NCBI GenBank assembly: GCA_046757245.1
Contig: JBHHXX010000001.1
Location: forward strand, 9,369-73,368
Direction of reading: 5' to 3'
DNA length: 64,000 nt
Origin: Candidatus Geothermarchaeales archaeon
Lineage (GTDB): Archaea > Thermoproteota > Nitrososphaeria > Geothermarchaeales > JAUWBL01
Position numbers and translations under genes: made by a program. Numbering within the stretch: the first letter of the stretch is position 1; the number at the start of each line of letters is the position of its first letter. Positions 18,195-27,461 of the stretch are shown here, in pieces. The notes under the pieces were generated by a model. It was not told the origin of the DNA, ran no database searches, and was given only the letters and a program-made list of their open reading frames with translations.

Positions 18195-18593
18195 CTAAAG
18201 GATCGGCCTAACCTTTGGGCGCCTCCTCACGGCTATGATGGATATGATAACAGCTATGATGGCGATGACGATGGCCACATTACTCATGGTTCCCGCGCCT
18301 TTCGCCTCTTCGATGGCCTCCATGGCCGCCCTGGCGTCGGCCACCGCTGTCTTAGCTGTAGCATCCGCTTCCTTCACCGTTGAAGCCACCTCATCCGCTA
18401 ATTTCTTTGCCTCCTCCGCCAATCTCTTCGCTTCCTCGGCTAGTCTCTTTGCTTCCTCGGCTTTCGCGGCTGCGTCCTCCACCGTCACGGGAGTGGCGAG
18501 TGTCAGCATCGGTGTGGCACACATCAATGTGATCAATGGTATCATAGCGATGGCGATATACAGTGTAAAATGATTCTTACGTCTCATTTTCAT
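18195..18593 (-). CDS. Secreted, C-terminally anchored coiled-coil protein
   Basis: Signal/TM region NHFTLYIAIAMIPLITLMCATPMLTLA. Heptad-like repeats AEEAKRLAEEAKRLAEEAKKLADE. C-terminal TM plus RRRPK. Confidence 0.6.
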   Translation of the reverse strand: MKMRRKNHFTLYIAIAMIPLITLMCATPMLTLATPVTVEDAAAKAEEAKRLAEEAKRLAEEAKKLADEVASTVKEADATAKTAVADARAAMEAIEEAKGAGTMSNVAIVIAIIAVIISIIAVRRRPKVRPIL

Positions 18594-18630
18594 CGAAAAA
18601 CAAATTAGAATTCAAAAAGATAAGCGATTC

Positions 18631-18649
18631 GGTACAATCATTGAAAAAT
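18631..18649 (+). promoter_or_regulatory. Copy 4 of the 19-nt motif (ggtacaatcattgaaaaat)
   Basis: Lies 37 nt upstream of the minus-strand start at 18593 and is flanked by atatatac. A half-copy (minus strand tttttcgatga, 18590-18600) overlaps the start codon. Confidence 0.5.
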
Positions 18650-18751
18650 ATATACGTGTTTGCATAGAACCCTAGGCAGTAAGATCTAAGCGAACTATTC
18701 GCCTCTTACTCCTCTCTCTGACTGACGCGTTCTCAGAGTTAACAATGTCCC

Positions 18752-19204
18752 TCACGAGATAACGACGGCGTGGTCCTCGGACAGCGAATCGCACTTCGCA
18801 ACGATCGTCATCGAGGCACAGCACGCTTTGGCGCTGGCACCCGGCACTCGCGTTAAAGTTAACGTACATGTGGCTGTTCCCCCCGGGGGCGGCGTGACCG
18901 ATGGGGGATCGAACTCCCACGTTACCGCCTCCTCTGGACAACGCTCGACCGTGAAATGCACGGGAGCGCTAAACCCCTCTAACGACGTGACCGTGATTTC
19001 GATCGTATAGCTCCCCTCTTCCTTGAGCCTACGGGCGCTGATGAGGTCCTCGCTGACCTCGAGTTTGAAACTGCCTGTTGGTGCCGTTGGTGTCGGGGTT
19101 GGCGTCGGTGCACTTGGCAACGTTAGAAGGTAAATCCCAGCAGCAACTATGACAACGATGATTGATACAGCGATCACGAAGGTTTGGGACCTCTTCACCT
19201 TCAC
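18752..19204 (-). CDS. N-terminally anchored surface protein with a PT-rich linker and Ig-like domain
   Basis: TM region FVIAVSIIVVIVAAGIYLL, linker PSAPTPTPTPTAPT, then a beta-rich domain. GTG start preceded by GGAGGA. Confidence 0.55.
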   Translation of the reverse strand: MKVKRSQTFVIAVSIIVVIVAAGIYLLTLPSAPTPTPTPTAPTGSFKLEVSEDLISARRLKEEGSYTIEITVTSLEGFSAPVHFTVERCPEEAVTWEFDPPSVTPPPGGTATCTLTLTRVPGASAKACCASMTIVAKCDSLSEDHAVVIS

Positions 19205-19260
19205 CTTATCCTCCGTTTCACCTTGAAGTGTTTAAGAATTATCTAAGATATAAGGCGCCT

Positions 19261-19301
19261 GGTACAATTATCGAAGGAAATTAGTACAATCTTCGAAAAA
19301 T
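19261..19301 (+). promoter_or_regulatory. Copies 5 and 6 of the 19-nt motif, in tandem (ggtacaattatcgaaggaa at 19261-19279; agtacaatcttcgaaaaat at 19283-19301)
   Basis: Two direct copies 22 nt apart, 56-97 nt upstream of the minus-strand start at 19204. Confidence 0.5.
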
Positions 19302-19499
19302 TCCAAATTTAAGCGTATAACGGAGAGAAATGAATAACTATTCCTTCGGAAAAGGCGTGAATGTTGGAGCCAGACTCTCTAGATCGAGGCATCTGTAAGC
19401 AAAATCTTTCTCTGAGGGAAAACCATGAATTCATTCGCCCATCAAAGACTTCAAATAATGGGTTAAAGTTTTGAGCTATTAAGCTAAGTATATATCGCC

Positions 19500-21176
19500 T
19501 TAAAAATACGTCGGAGCTCTCTCCTCAGCGTAAGCCTCTCTAAACACCCCATATATCTCCCCGTTGGTGGCATATACCTTTGCGGCTTCAATGGCAAATG
19601 GCGTTAAATTCTGTCTCCTCTTGGCCGCTTTGCTTAACTGATTTAAGGCCTCCTCAACCCTCCGCTTTTCCCGCCTCTCCCTCACTTCTCGGAGTCTCTC
19701 GATCTGCTTCTCCTCGGCTTCTCGCGTCACTCTTAGCAACTTCATCTTTGGCTTCCTCCCACGGAAGACGTTTACACCCACCACGGGGATCTCCGCATTC
19801 TCGACTCCCAACTGATATTTATAGGCACTTTCCGTGATCTCTCGTCGGAAAAACTGCTTCTCGGTGGCCTCGACGACCCCACCCATATCCTCCACCCGGT
19901 CCAAGTATTCCCATATCTTGTTTTCCACCTCACGGGTAAGCCACTCCACGTAATAGGAGCCCCCCAGGGGGTCTATGGTATCTGGAATACCCGACTCGAG
20001 CTGGATGATCTGCTGGGTCCTAAGGGCGATTTTCGCCGCCCTCTCAGTCGGTAGGCAGAGCGCCTCGTCATAGGAATCGGTGTGCAGCGACTGCGTACCC
20101 CCAAGCACCGCCGCCAACGCGTGGATCGTGGTCCGAACGATGTTGTTCTCAGCCTCCTGAGCGGTGAGGGCGCAGCCAGCCGTCTGAGTATGGAACTTAA
20201 ATAACATGGACCGCGGATCCCTCGCCCCATACTTTTCCTTAAGGAGGCGGGCCCACACCTTCCTCATGGCTCGAAACTTGGCTATCTCCTCGAAGAAGTT
20301 GTTGTGACAGTTGAGGAAGAAAGAGATGTTTGGCGCAAACTGGTCGATGCTCAATCCCCGCGCCAAAGCCTCGTCTATATACGCTGTGGCATCGGCCAGG
20401 GTGAATGCGGCTTCTTGAACCGCTGTGGCCCCAGCCTCCCTTATGTGATACCCGCAGACGTTTATCGCATACCACTTGGGCATGTTGTTCACGGACCACT
20501 CTAAGAGGTCGACGGAGAGCTTTATCGACGGTTTGAGGGGGATTGGTGGATTCCCGACGTGGAAGAGCCAGAGGGGGTCGTTCTGCGTTGTCCCACCGAC
20601 CTTTGCCAGGGGTATGCCTCGCTTCTCGACCAACGCGACGAACATGGCGAAGGTGGGCATCCCCAAGAAGTGGGTGATCAACGACGTGGTTATCTCGTCG
20701 ATGGGTATGTCCCTAAAGATGACCTCTAGGTCGGCCAGTGACGAAACCGGAGCTCCACCCTGACCGACTTCACCCCTCACCTTTGGGTCGTCAGAGTCGT
20801 AGCCGTATATGGTGGGGGAGTCGAGGGCGAGGTTTAGCCCGGTTTCGCCGTGTCTCAGGAGAAACTTGAATCTCTCATTGGCGTCCTCGGCGGATCCATA
20901 CCCTGAGACCATGCGTATGGTCCAGGGTCTACCCCGATACATCGTCGGGTATATTCCGCGCGTGAAGGGATATACGCCTGGGAAGCCGAGGTCTCTGGAA
21001 TAGTTTAATTCAGCTACATCCGCGGGGGTGTAGAGGCGCTTGACGGGGATGCCTGATATAGTTTCGTATTTCTCCTTCTCCGGCGCCTTCTTTTCTTCAA
21101 TCCATCTTTTTACGACGCCTCCCTCCCACTCCCCCTCCTCTTTTCTAATTCTTTCCAAGGCTGATCTATCGAACAT
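19500..21176 (-). CDS. Methylmalonyl-CoA mutase, large catalytic subunit
   Basis: Translation contains GFPGVYPFTRGIYPTMYRGRPWTIRMVSGYG, TGLNLALDSPT and TQNDPL, typical of the MCM N-terminal (TIM barrel) domain. I prefer ATG 21176 (MFDRSALE..., SD GGAGAGG 6 nt upstream) over the ORF-track start at 21212. Confidence 0.85.
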   Translation of the reverse strand: MFDRSALERIRKEEGEWEGGVVKRWIEEKKAPEKEKYETISGIPVKRLYTPADVAELNYSRDLGFPGVYPFTRGIYPTMYRGRPWTIRMVSGYGSAEDANERFKFLLRHGETGLNLALDSPTIYGYDSDDPKVRGEVGQGGAPVSSLADLEVIFRDIPIDEITTSLITHFLGMPTFAMFVALVEKRGIPLAKVGGTTQNDPLWLFHVGNPPIPLKPSIKLSVDLLEWSVNNMPKWYAINVCGYHIREAGATAVQEAAFTLADATAYIDEALARGLSIDQFAPNISFFLNCHNNFFEEIAKFRAMRKVWARLLKEKYGARDPRSMLFKFHTQTAGCALTAQEAENNIVRTTIHALAAVLGGTQSLHTDSYDEALCLPTERAAKIALRTQQIIQLESGIPDTIDPLGGSYYVEWLTREVENKIWEYLDRVEDMGGVVEATEKQFFRREITESAYKYQLGVENAEIPVVGVNVFRGRKPKMKLLRVTREAEEKQIERLREVRERREKRRVEEALNQLSKAAKRRQNLTPFAIEAAKVYATNGEIYGVFREAYAEERAPTYF

Positions 21177-21294
21177 GCGAGCCTCTCCTTTAACCACAGT
21201 GTTAGAGCCCAATTAACTTAGTCAATCATGCCGAATTAAGCCTTCAAGAACCCTTATATATCGAAGTTCGTAGACAGAACTGTGGGTTCTTAAA

Positions 21295-21528
21295 ATGGCG
21301 TTTAGGGGGGTTAAAATAGACAATGAAAACTGCACAGGCTGCCTCCACTGCCAGGTCAGGTGCTCCTTCCACCACACCGGGAGATTCAACCCCCTCAGAT
21401 CGAGGATAAAGATCAGGCGCATTGACAGGAAGGAGAGGTTCAGGATATCATTTTCACCCGAGTGCGCCGAGTGTGAGGTTCTAACCTGCGTGGACGCGTG
21501 TTTCTACGATGCCCTCAAAGGCGTATAG
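21295..21528 (+). CDS. Small 4Fe-4S ferredoxin-like protein, co-transcribed with AOR
   Basis: CTGCLHCQVRC cluster motif plus a second Cys group CAECEVLTCVDAC. Ends at or overlaps the AOR start. Confidence 0.65.
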   Translation: MAFRGVKIDNENCTGCLHCQVRCSFHHTGRFNPLRSRIKIRRIDRKERFRISFSPECAECEVLTCVDACFYDALKGV

Positions 21529-23506
21529 AGGGGGAGATGCATTGAAAGGGATCAATCCCGGCCTCGGCTACGCTGGCCAAATTCTCTACGTCGACCTAAC
21601 CAAGGGATCCACAAGAAGGAAGCCTCTAGAAAAAGATTTCGCCACCACGTACATAGGCATGACCGGGTTCAACGCTAAGCTGATCTACGATCTCGTCGAA
21701 ACGGGCACGAAACCGCTCTCCCAAGAAAACGTCTTGGTGTTCAGCGCGGGCGTCCTCTCGGGCACCGGGGCTCCCTCCACGCCAAAGACGGAGGCCTCAG
21801 CCAAATCCCCCGCGACGGGTCTCTACGGCTCGAGTGTGGGCGGGATGTTGGGGCCTATGCTCAAGTGGGCGGGCTACGACAGCCTGGTCATCCGGGGGAG
21901 AGCGGAGAGACCAGTATACCTAGAGGTCTTCGACGACGAAGTGAACATTCGGGAGGCGGGGCATTTATGGGGGAGGCACATAGTGGATGCCACCAACGCC
22001 CTCTGGGATGAGCTCGGGGACGATTATTACGTGGCCTGCATAGGTCCCGCTGGGGAGAATCTGGTCAAGTTCGCCAACATCCTCGTCAACAGGATGTTCC
22101 ACTTCTCTAGAACCGGTCTCGGCGCCGTGATGGGCTCTAAGAACCTTAAGGCCGTGGCGGTGAAGGGGACCAAGGGGTTGGGCGTGGCTGACCCCGAGAA
22201 ATTCATGGAGTTGACATCTAAACTCTTTGACAAGATTGTGAAACACACCGGTCGCGAGGTTTGGAATTCCCTCGGCACCCTCATATCCTATGACATGTGG
22301 TTTGGGATGAAGCCTGGCGTCGGCCACGCGCCGCGAAAGAATTCTCAGGAGGACCCCAGCCTCGGCGCCAAGATTTTTGACCCTGAGACTTATCTCAAGA
22401 GAATCAAGGGGGGAAGCCTCGCCTGCCTCAACTGCCCGATCTCCGAGAAGGTCTGGGTGGAGGTGAAAGGTGGCAGATACGATAACCTAGCCTTCCCCGC
22501 GAGCGACTCGGCTGGTCTCAGCGTCATCCATGGACAGCAACTCGCCTTGGAGAGCTTCGACGACTCGGTGAAGTTCTTCGAGCTGTGCAACAGGTATGGT
22601 GTGGATGTCTTCTCATGCTCGGCCACCATAGCCTTCGCCATCGAGTTGTACAAGCGGGGCATCATAGATAAGGTAGACGCCGATGGTTTAGAGTTGGAGT
22701 GGGGTGACATGGAGACGATTCAGAAACTACTGGAGAAAATCGTTCTTAGGGAGGGGATTGGAGGCGTTTTGGCCGAGGATGTGGGTGCGGCCAGCAAAAT
22801 CATCGGCAAGGGCTCTGAGAGGTATGCTATTCACGTGAAGGGGATAGCCATCCCCTACTTTGAGCCAAGGGTGAGGTTGTGTACCGACGTCTTCGGCGCC
22901 GTCACGAGCATCATAGGCGGCCACGGCAACAGGGCGATGTCGCTCGACTTGATGCCTAGAGAACGTGAATCCATCATAAGGTTTTGCGAGATGGCTGGGT
23001 TTCCCGAGGACGCTATAGATAGAATCTGTCCCCCCACGAGTTTGGGGGAAAGCGTTCCGAGGCTTACGAAATGGGTCGAAGACTTCAATACCGCCATCTG
23101 GTCGCTTGGCGTGTGCACGAGGCCTCCCATCGCCAGGGTCTATGGCCTAGAAGTCTGTAGCGATCTATACTCTGCCGCCACCGGGATAGAAATGAGTCCA
23201 AGCGAGCTCTTGAGGGCCGGAGAGAGGATTTGGAACCTACAGAAGGCCTTCAATATGCGAGAGGCGGGAGGCGAAGCCACGAGGAAGAACGACGTGTTTG
23301 CCGAGAGGATGTATAGGGATTCCATCTACGTGTCAGGACACGACAAGGACTATGAGCCGCTAGAGCCCCATCTGATTGAGAAGATGCTGGATGAATACTA
23401 TGAGGAGAGGGGGTGGGATGTTGAGAGAGGGATACCCACTAAGCAAAAACTCGTGGAACTCGGGCTTCGAAGCGTGGCGGAAGAATTGGAGAAGGTGTTG
23501 CCTTAA
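21509..23506 (+). CDS. aor: Tungsten-type aldehyde:ferredoxin oxidoreductase family protein
   Basis: N-terminal GYAGQILYVDLTKG, then GFNAKLIYD...VLVFSAGVLSGTGAPS...KSPATG..., and a length of ~650 aa, as in the AOR family. An alternative start is TTG 21542, just after the ferredoxin stop. Confidence 0.8.
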   Translation: MPSKAYRGGDALKGINPGLGYAGQILYVDLTKGSTRRKPLEKDFATTYIGMTGFNAKLIYDLVETGTKPLSQENVLVFSAGVLSGTGAPSTPKTEASAKSPATGLYGSSVGGMLGPMLKWAGYDSLVIRGRAERPVYLEVFDDEVNIREAGHLWGRHIVDATNALWDELGDDYYVACIGPAGENLVKFANILVNRMFHFSRTGLGAVMGSKNLKAVAVKGTKGLGVADPEKFMELTSKLFDKIVKHTGREVWNSLGTLISYDMWFGMKPGVGHAPRKNSQEDPSLGAKIFDPETYLKRIKGGSLACLNCPISEKVWVEVKGGRYDNLAFPASDSAGLSVIHGQQLALESFDDSVKFFELCNRYGVDVFSCSATIAFAIELYKRGIIDKVDADGLELEWGDMETIQKLLEKIVLREGIGGVLAEDVGAASKIIGKGSERYAIHVKGIAIPYFEPRVRLCTDVFGAVTSIIGGHGNRAMSLDLMPRERESIIRFCEMAGFPEDAIDRICPPTSLGESVPRLTKWVEDFNTAIWSLGVCTRPPIARVYGLEVCSDLYSAATGIEMSPSELLRAGERIWNLQKAFNMREAGGEATRKNDVFAERMYRDSIYVSGHDKDYEPLEPHLIEKMLDEYYEERGWDVERGIPTKQKLVELGLRSVAEELEKVLP

Positions 23507-23523
23507 GAACCACAAATCTTTTT

Positions 23524-24963
23524 TCATACTTCACGCTCTGCTAAGCGCCTCAACTCCTCATATAGGTCTCGTTTATCCGCGACCCTCCTGGCCTTGAACT
23601 CGGTTCTCTCGAAGGTGTGATAGGGCACAAGGTCAACCACACCCCTGACGCCGCATAGGGTCTTTATGTTCTCCTCCATCGCGTCCCTAACTCTCTCGAG
23701 GATCGTTGGGTCAACCCGCGCCTTCTCACCCACCTCCTCGCTGTACTCAGCCTGAACCGTCATCACGTCCATCTCCCTCTCCCTCGTGATTACGACTCTG
23801 AACTCGCCGCCATATCCCTCCGTCCTCTCCAAGGCCTCTTGAACGGCGCTTGGGTAAATGTTTTCCCCCCTAACGATGAACATGTCATCGACTCTACCAT
23901 ATACCCCATTGGGCAAACGAGGGTAGGTTCTCCCACACTCGCAGGGCTCATCCGTCCACTTGGTCAGGTCACCCGAGAAGAACCTTATCATGGGCTGGGA
24001 GTCCCTCTCCAGATGCGTGTAGACGGGTACACCCTCCTCCCCGTAATCAACGACCTCACCGGTGTCCGGGTCGACGACCTCAGTGTAGACTATATCCTGC
24101 CACAGGTGCATACCGGTTCTATGTTCACACTCACCGTTCGTCATCCACGGAGTCATCTCGGCGGTTGAACCCGTGTCGACGCATCGACAGTCAAACGTCT
24201 CCTCTATCCTCCTCTTGACCGAGGGAACTCCTGCGCCCGGCTCCCCCGAGAAGAACATGATGCGAAAGTTGAAGTCGACCCTCGGGTCCACACCCATCTC
24301 CCTCGCAACCTCGGCGAGGTAGAGGGCGTAGGAGGGCGTCCCGTAGAGCGCCGTGGGCTTGACCTCAGCGGCCCAACGGACGGCCATTCTGGTCATACCG
24401 GGAGCGCCCGCTCCAAACGGGAAGGCCGCGGCGCCTAGGCGCCTGACACCCCATAGTGCTCCCCAGCTTCCGAGATAGAGGCTGAAGACAGATGTTATCA
24501 TGACCTTGTCTGAGGGCCTTAGGCCGAAGCCCCACATAACCCTGGCGTGGGCGTTCGCGATTCTCTTTACGTCTCCTTCGCTTAGGGCAAAGGCCGTGGG
24601 CTTTCCGGTTGTCCCGGATGTTCCGTGTATGGTAAATATTTTTTCGTTTGGAATGCAGAGGTAGGAGCCGAACGGGGGGTTTTTGGCTTGATCCTCCCTG
24701 ATATCCTGCTTATAAACGAATGGGACCCTTCGGAAATCCCGTAGAGTGGCTATGTCGTCGGGGTGTATGCCCGCATCCTCCCACCTCCTATGGTAAAACG
24801 GGGCGTTATCATAGGCGTATCTCATTTGGGCCCTCAGCTTTCTCAGGATGATCTTCTCCCTCTCCTCGGGCTTCATCGTCTCCCTGTCTGGGAACCAATA
24901 CCTCTGATCCGGCTTGGGCGTGTAGGCTTCATCATAGATGGGAGGCCATTTCCCGCATCCCAT
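23524..24963 (-). CDS. paaK: Phenylacetate-CoA ligase / coenzyme F390 synthetase-like adenylate-forming enzyme
   Basis: TIHGTSGTTGKPTAF AMP-binding P-loop, FFSGEPG and YTHLERDSQPMIRFFSGD motifs characteristic of the PaaK family. Confidence 0.75.
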   Translation of the reverse strand: MGCGKWPPIYDEAYTPKPDQRYWFPDRETMKPEEREKIILRKLRAQMRYAYDNAPFYHRRWEDAGIHPDDIATLRDFRRVPFVYKQDIREDQAKNPPFGSYLCIPNEKIFTIHGTSGTTGKPTAFALSEGDVKRIANAHARVMWGFGLRPSDKVMITSVFSLYLGSWGALWGVRRLGAAAFPFGAGAPGMTRMAVRWAAEVKPTALYGTPSYALYLAEVAREMGVDPRVDFNFRIMFFSGEPGAGVPSVKRRIEETFDCRCVDTGSTAEMTPWMTNGECEHRTGMHLWQDIVYTEVVDPDTGEVVDYGEEGVPVYTHLERDSQPMIRFFSGDLTKWTDEPCECGRTYPRLPNGVYGRVDDMFIVRGENIYPSAVQEALERTEGYGGEFRVVITREREMDVMTVQAEYSEEVGEKARVDPTILERVRDAMEENIKTLCGVRGVVDLVPYHTFERTEFKARRVADKRDLYEELRRLAEREV

Positions 24964-25013
24964 GGTGTTTCACTTCTGTGGGAAACCCTAAATGATAGGG
25001 TGGAGCTAGCTAA

Positions 25014-25823
25014 TTAAGGGGGTGGTCGATGGCCTCTGCCCCGAGGAATGCGTAGAAACATGGACTCCGCTAACCCGCCATCCACCATTATCGTCTGACC
25101 CGTTACATAGCTGGAATCTTCAGAGGCCAGAAAAACGGCGACCTCAGCCACATCCTCAGGCGTTCCTATGCGACCTAGAGGTATCATTTGGATTCTCTTC
25201 CGCAATACTTCCTCATCCGTGTATATGGGCTCGGTGAAGGGTGTCCTTATCAAACCCGGGTTGATGGCGTTAACTCTGATGTTGTATTTAGCCCACTCCA
25301 TGGCTAACTGCTTCGTGAGATTGATGACGGCAGCCTTGCTGGGGCCATAGGAGCCGGCCATGGAATATGACATACATCCGGCGATGGAGCCGATGTTGAT
25401 TATGCTGCCCTTCCTCCTCTTGATCATTTCCCTCCCGACGGCTTGACTGCAGAGGAAGGTTCCCTTTAAGTTGACGTCCAGAACCCTGTCCCAATACTCC
25501 TCGGAGATCTCCTCCAAGGGAGCAGCCAAGAGGATGCCCGCGTTGTTAACGAGAACGTCGATCTTCTCAAACTCAGCCAAAGCGCTCTTAACCAAGTGGC
25601 TGACTTCATCGCTCCTAGAGACGTCGGCCTTCACAGCGAGAGCGCGTCGGCCTAGAGCCTCAACCTCGCTAGCTACTTTCTCAGCGCCCTCGAGGTCGAG
25701 GTCGTTTACCACGAGGTCAGCTCCCTCCCTCGCGAAAGCCAAGGCTATTGCCCTACCTATGCCCCTGCTCGACCCGGTCACAATGGCGACCATGTTTTCC
25801 AGCTTCATCTCTTTGACACCCAT
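25014..25823 (-). CDS. Short-chain dehydrogenase/reductase (FabG-like)
   Basis: TGSSRGIGRAIA cofactor motif, NNAG, and the catalytic YGPSKAA (YxxxK). Confidence 0.85.
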   Translation of the reverse strand: MGVKEMKLENMVAIVTGSSRGIGRAIALAFAREGADLVVNDLDLEGAEKVASEVEALGRRALAVKADVSRSDEVSHLVKSALAEFEKIDVLVNNAGILLAAPLEEISEEYWDRVLDVNLKGTFLCSQAVGREMIKRRKGSIINIGSIAGCMSYSMAGSYGPSKAAVINLTKQLAMEWAKYNIRVNAINPGLIRTPFTEPIYTDEEVLRKRIQMIPLGRIGTPEDVAEVAVFLASEDSSYVTGQTIMVDGGLAESMFLRIPRGRGHRPPP

Positions 25824-25845
25824 TTTATGTCAAAACCCCTCCTCA

Positions 25846-26700
25846 TTAATCTTCACCCCTCTTCACATCCCTTATTTTCTTCCAATCGAGACCCATCTCA
25901 TCGAGGATCGAGACGATTCGCCTCTTCTCCCTCGCGAGGCCCTTCCAATCGAGGAGGGCGAACTCTGGCCTTGGGAGCGTCCTCTCCACAACCCGGGCCA
26001 TCATCTTCCCATCGATTTCCGAGAGGGCATACTTGGGGATAATGTGGCCCACTGCCACATCCGTCTCGAGCATAACCGAAGTCAGCCTTGCGTTGTAGTG
26101 GGGCCCCCCCACGCCTAAAGCAACCCTGAAACCCGCCCTTAGAGCGGTCTCTATCCTTTTGGAGGTGAGGACTACGGCCTCCGCGAGGGCCTCCGCGGCC
26201 TTTGAGTCCATCCACTCCTCCCTCCCGCTGCCGATCTCGATGAAGAAGCAAGGGGTACCCTTAAGGTAGTCGCCGTGGTGGGTGCACTCGAGACAGACAT
26301 CGTATCTCTCAAGCAGATTCTTGTCTTTTGCGGCCTCATACAGCTCGATTAGGGTCGTCTTCATCGCGACCGCTGGTGCAATGCAAACTTCCCTCGGCCT
26401 CCCACCCATCTCCACCTTATCGGTCAGGTTTCCGGGTGTGTGTATGGTCAGGCAGGGTTTTCCGGCGACGCTCGAGTGTCTACTCGCATAAACGATGAGG
26501 TCGACCTTAAGCCAACTCTCAACGTGGGAGGCCATAATGATGGAGCGATTCGTGGAGGTGAGTGAGAGGTTCTCCAACTCGTATAGGGGAAGCCCCTCGG
26601 GGTTTTTAGAAGTCTGCTCAAAGCCATATAACTCTGTTAGTCTCCGATGTATGTTTACGCCAGCTGGATCCCTGAGGGAGGTTACCACGAGGATTCTCAT
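25846..26700 (-). CDS. dtdA: Archaeal-type D-aminoacyl-tRNA deacylase DtdA
   Basis: YASRHSS, CTHHG, FFIEIGSGREEW, ALGVGGPHY, GHIIPKY and LDWKG motifs match my recollection of Pyrococcus DtdA. I prefer ATG 26700 (MRILVVTS, SD GGAG 8 nt upstream) over the GTG at 26739. Confidence 0.8.
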   Translation of the reverse strand: MRILVVTSLRDPAGVNIHRRLTELYGFEQTSKNPEGLPLYELENLSLTSTNRSIIMASHVESWLKVDLIVYASRHSSVAGKPCLTIHTPGNLTDKVEMGGRPREVCIAPAVAMKTTLIELYEAAKDKNLLERYDVCLECTHHGDYLKGTPCFFIEIGSGREEWMDSKAAEALAEAVVLTSKRIETALRAGFRVALGVGGPHYNARLTSVMLETDVAVGHIIPKYALSEIDGKMMARVVERTLPRPEFALLDWKGLAREKRRIVSILDEMGLDWKKIRDVKRGED

Positions 26701-26870
26701 CAGGATTTCTCCGGGCTTTAAACCATGACTCCACACCACTCAACGAAAACCCTCCAAATAAGCTTTAACCGACATGGGTTTGTCGTCCACAAAGACGAAT
26801 GTTCATCTAATACGGGTATCGATTTGAAAAACATCTTTTATTTATCATCTACTCGAATGGTTGGAAGGAA

Positions 26871-27461
26871 ATGACCGAAAAATTGGGGAGGAACGACGTG
26901 GTTAGAAGCCTGATACACGGGGGTGGAATAACCACTGTTTGGATGAGCATGTATGGTGGGAGAGCGTGGGTTCTCCTCTTGATAGTGGCGGTCACCGCGG
27001 CCTACTGCGCCTCTGAATACCTCAGAATGCGCGGCCGAGACCTCCCCATCTTAAACAAGATTACCCTAGCTGCCGCGAGACGAGGCGAAGCCGAGGGTTT
27101 CCTGACAGCACCCATATACTACGCGTGTGGCATCTTCCTCAGCCTAAGCCTATTCCCCGAGCCCGTATCCTACGCAACCATAGCCATCTTTACGCTGGGG
27201 GATCCAATGGTCTACATCGTTGGCAGATCGATGGGTAAACACCGCGTCCCCTACAATCCCTCCAAGTATTTAGAGGGCTCTATAGGAGGGTTCATCTCGG
27301 CCTCATTGGCCTCTTCGCTCTTCGTTCAACCAACTTTAGCCCTTTTGGGCTCCGCCATCGGCATGTTTGTGGAGTCTCTGAGAACCCCGGTTGATGACAA
27401 CTTAGCGATGCCGGTGGCAACGGGCTTAGGTTTGATCATCCTTTCAGCGATTCCCTCCTAA
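26871..27461 (+). CDS. CTP-dependent phosphotransferase-family membrane protein (dolichol/polyprenol kinase or CdsA-like)
   Basis: Multi-TM protein with GDPMVYIVGRSMGKH...KYLEGSIGGFISA, resembling the CTP_transf_1 signature. Confidence 0.55.
   Translation: MTEKLGRNDVVRSLIHGGGITTVWMSMYGGRAWVLLLIVAVTAAYCASEYLRMRGRDLPILNKITLAAARRGEAEGFLTAPIYYACGIFLSLSLFPEPVSYATIAIFTLGDPMVYIVGRSMGKHRVPYNPSKYLEGSIGGFISASLASSLFVQPTLALLGSAIGMFVESLRTPVDDNLAMPVATGLGLIILSAIPS

Noticed and set aside
2443-21212. Idea that the 16.6 kb between the two methylmalonyl-CoA mutase subunit genes is a single insertion that split an operon
   Set aside because: The two genes are on opposite strands (convergent). The interval also contains a complete, ordinary-looking liv operon. 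Split, dispersed MCM subunits are common in archaea.
25471-26118. 215-aa ORF spanning the SDR/dtdA junction on the plus strand
   Set aside because: It is antisense to two motif-supported genes, and its translation is Ser/Thr/Leu/Pro-rich with no recognisable domain.
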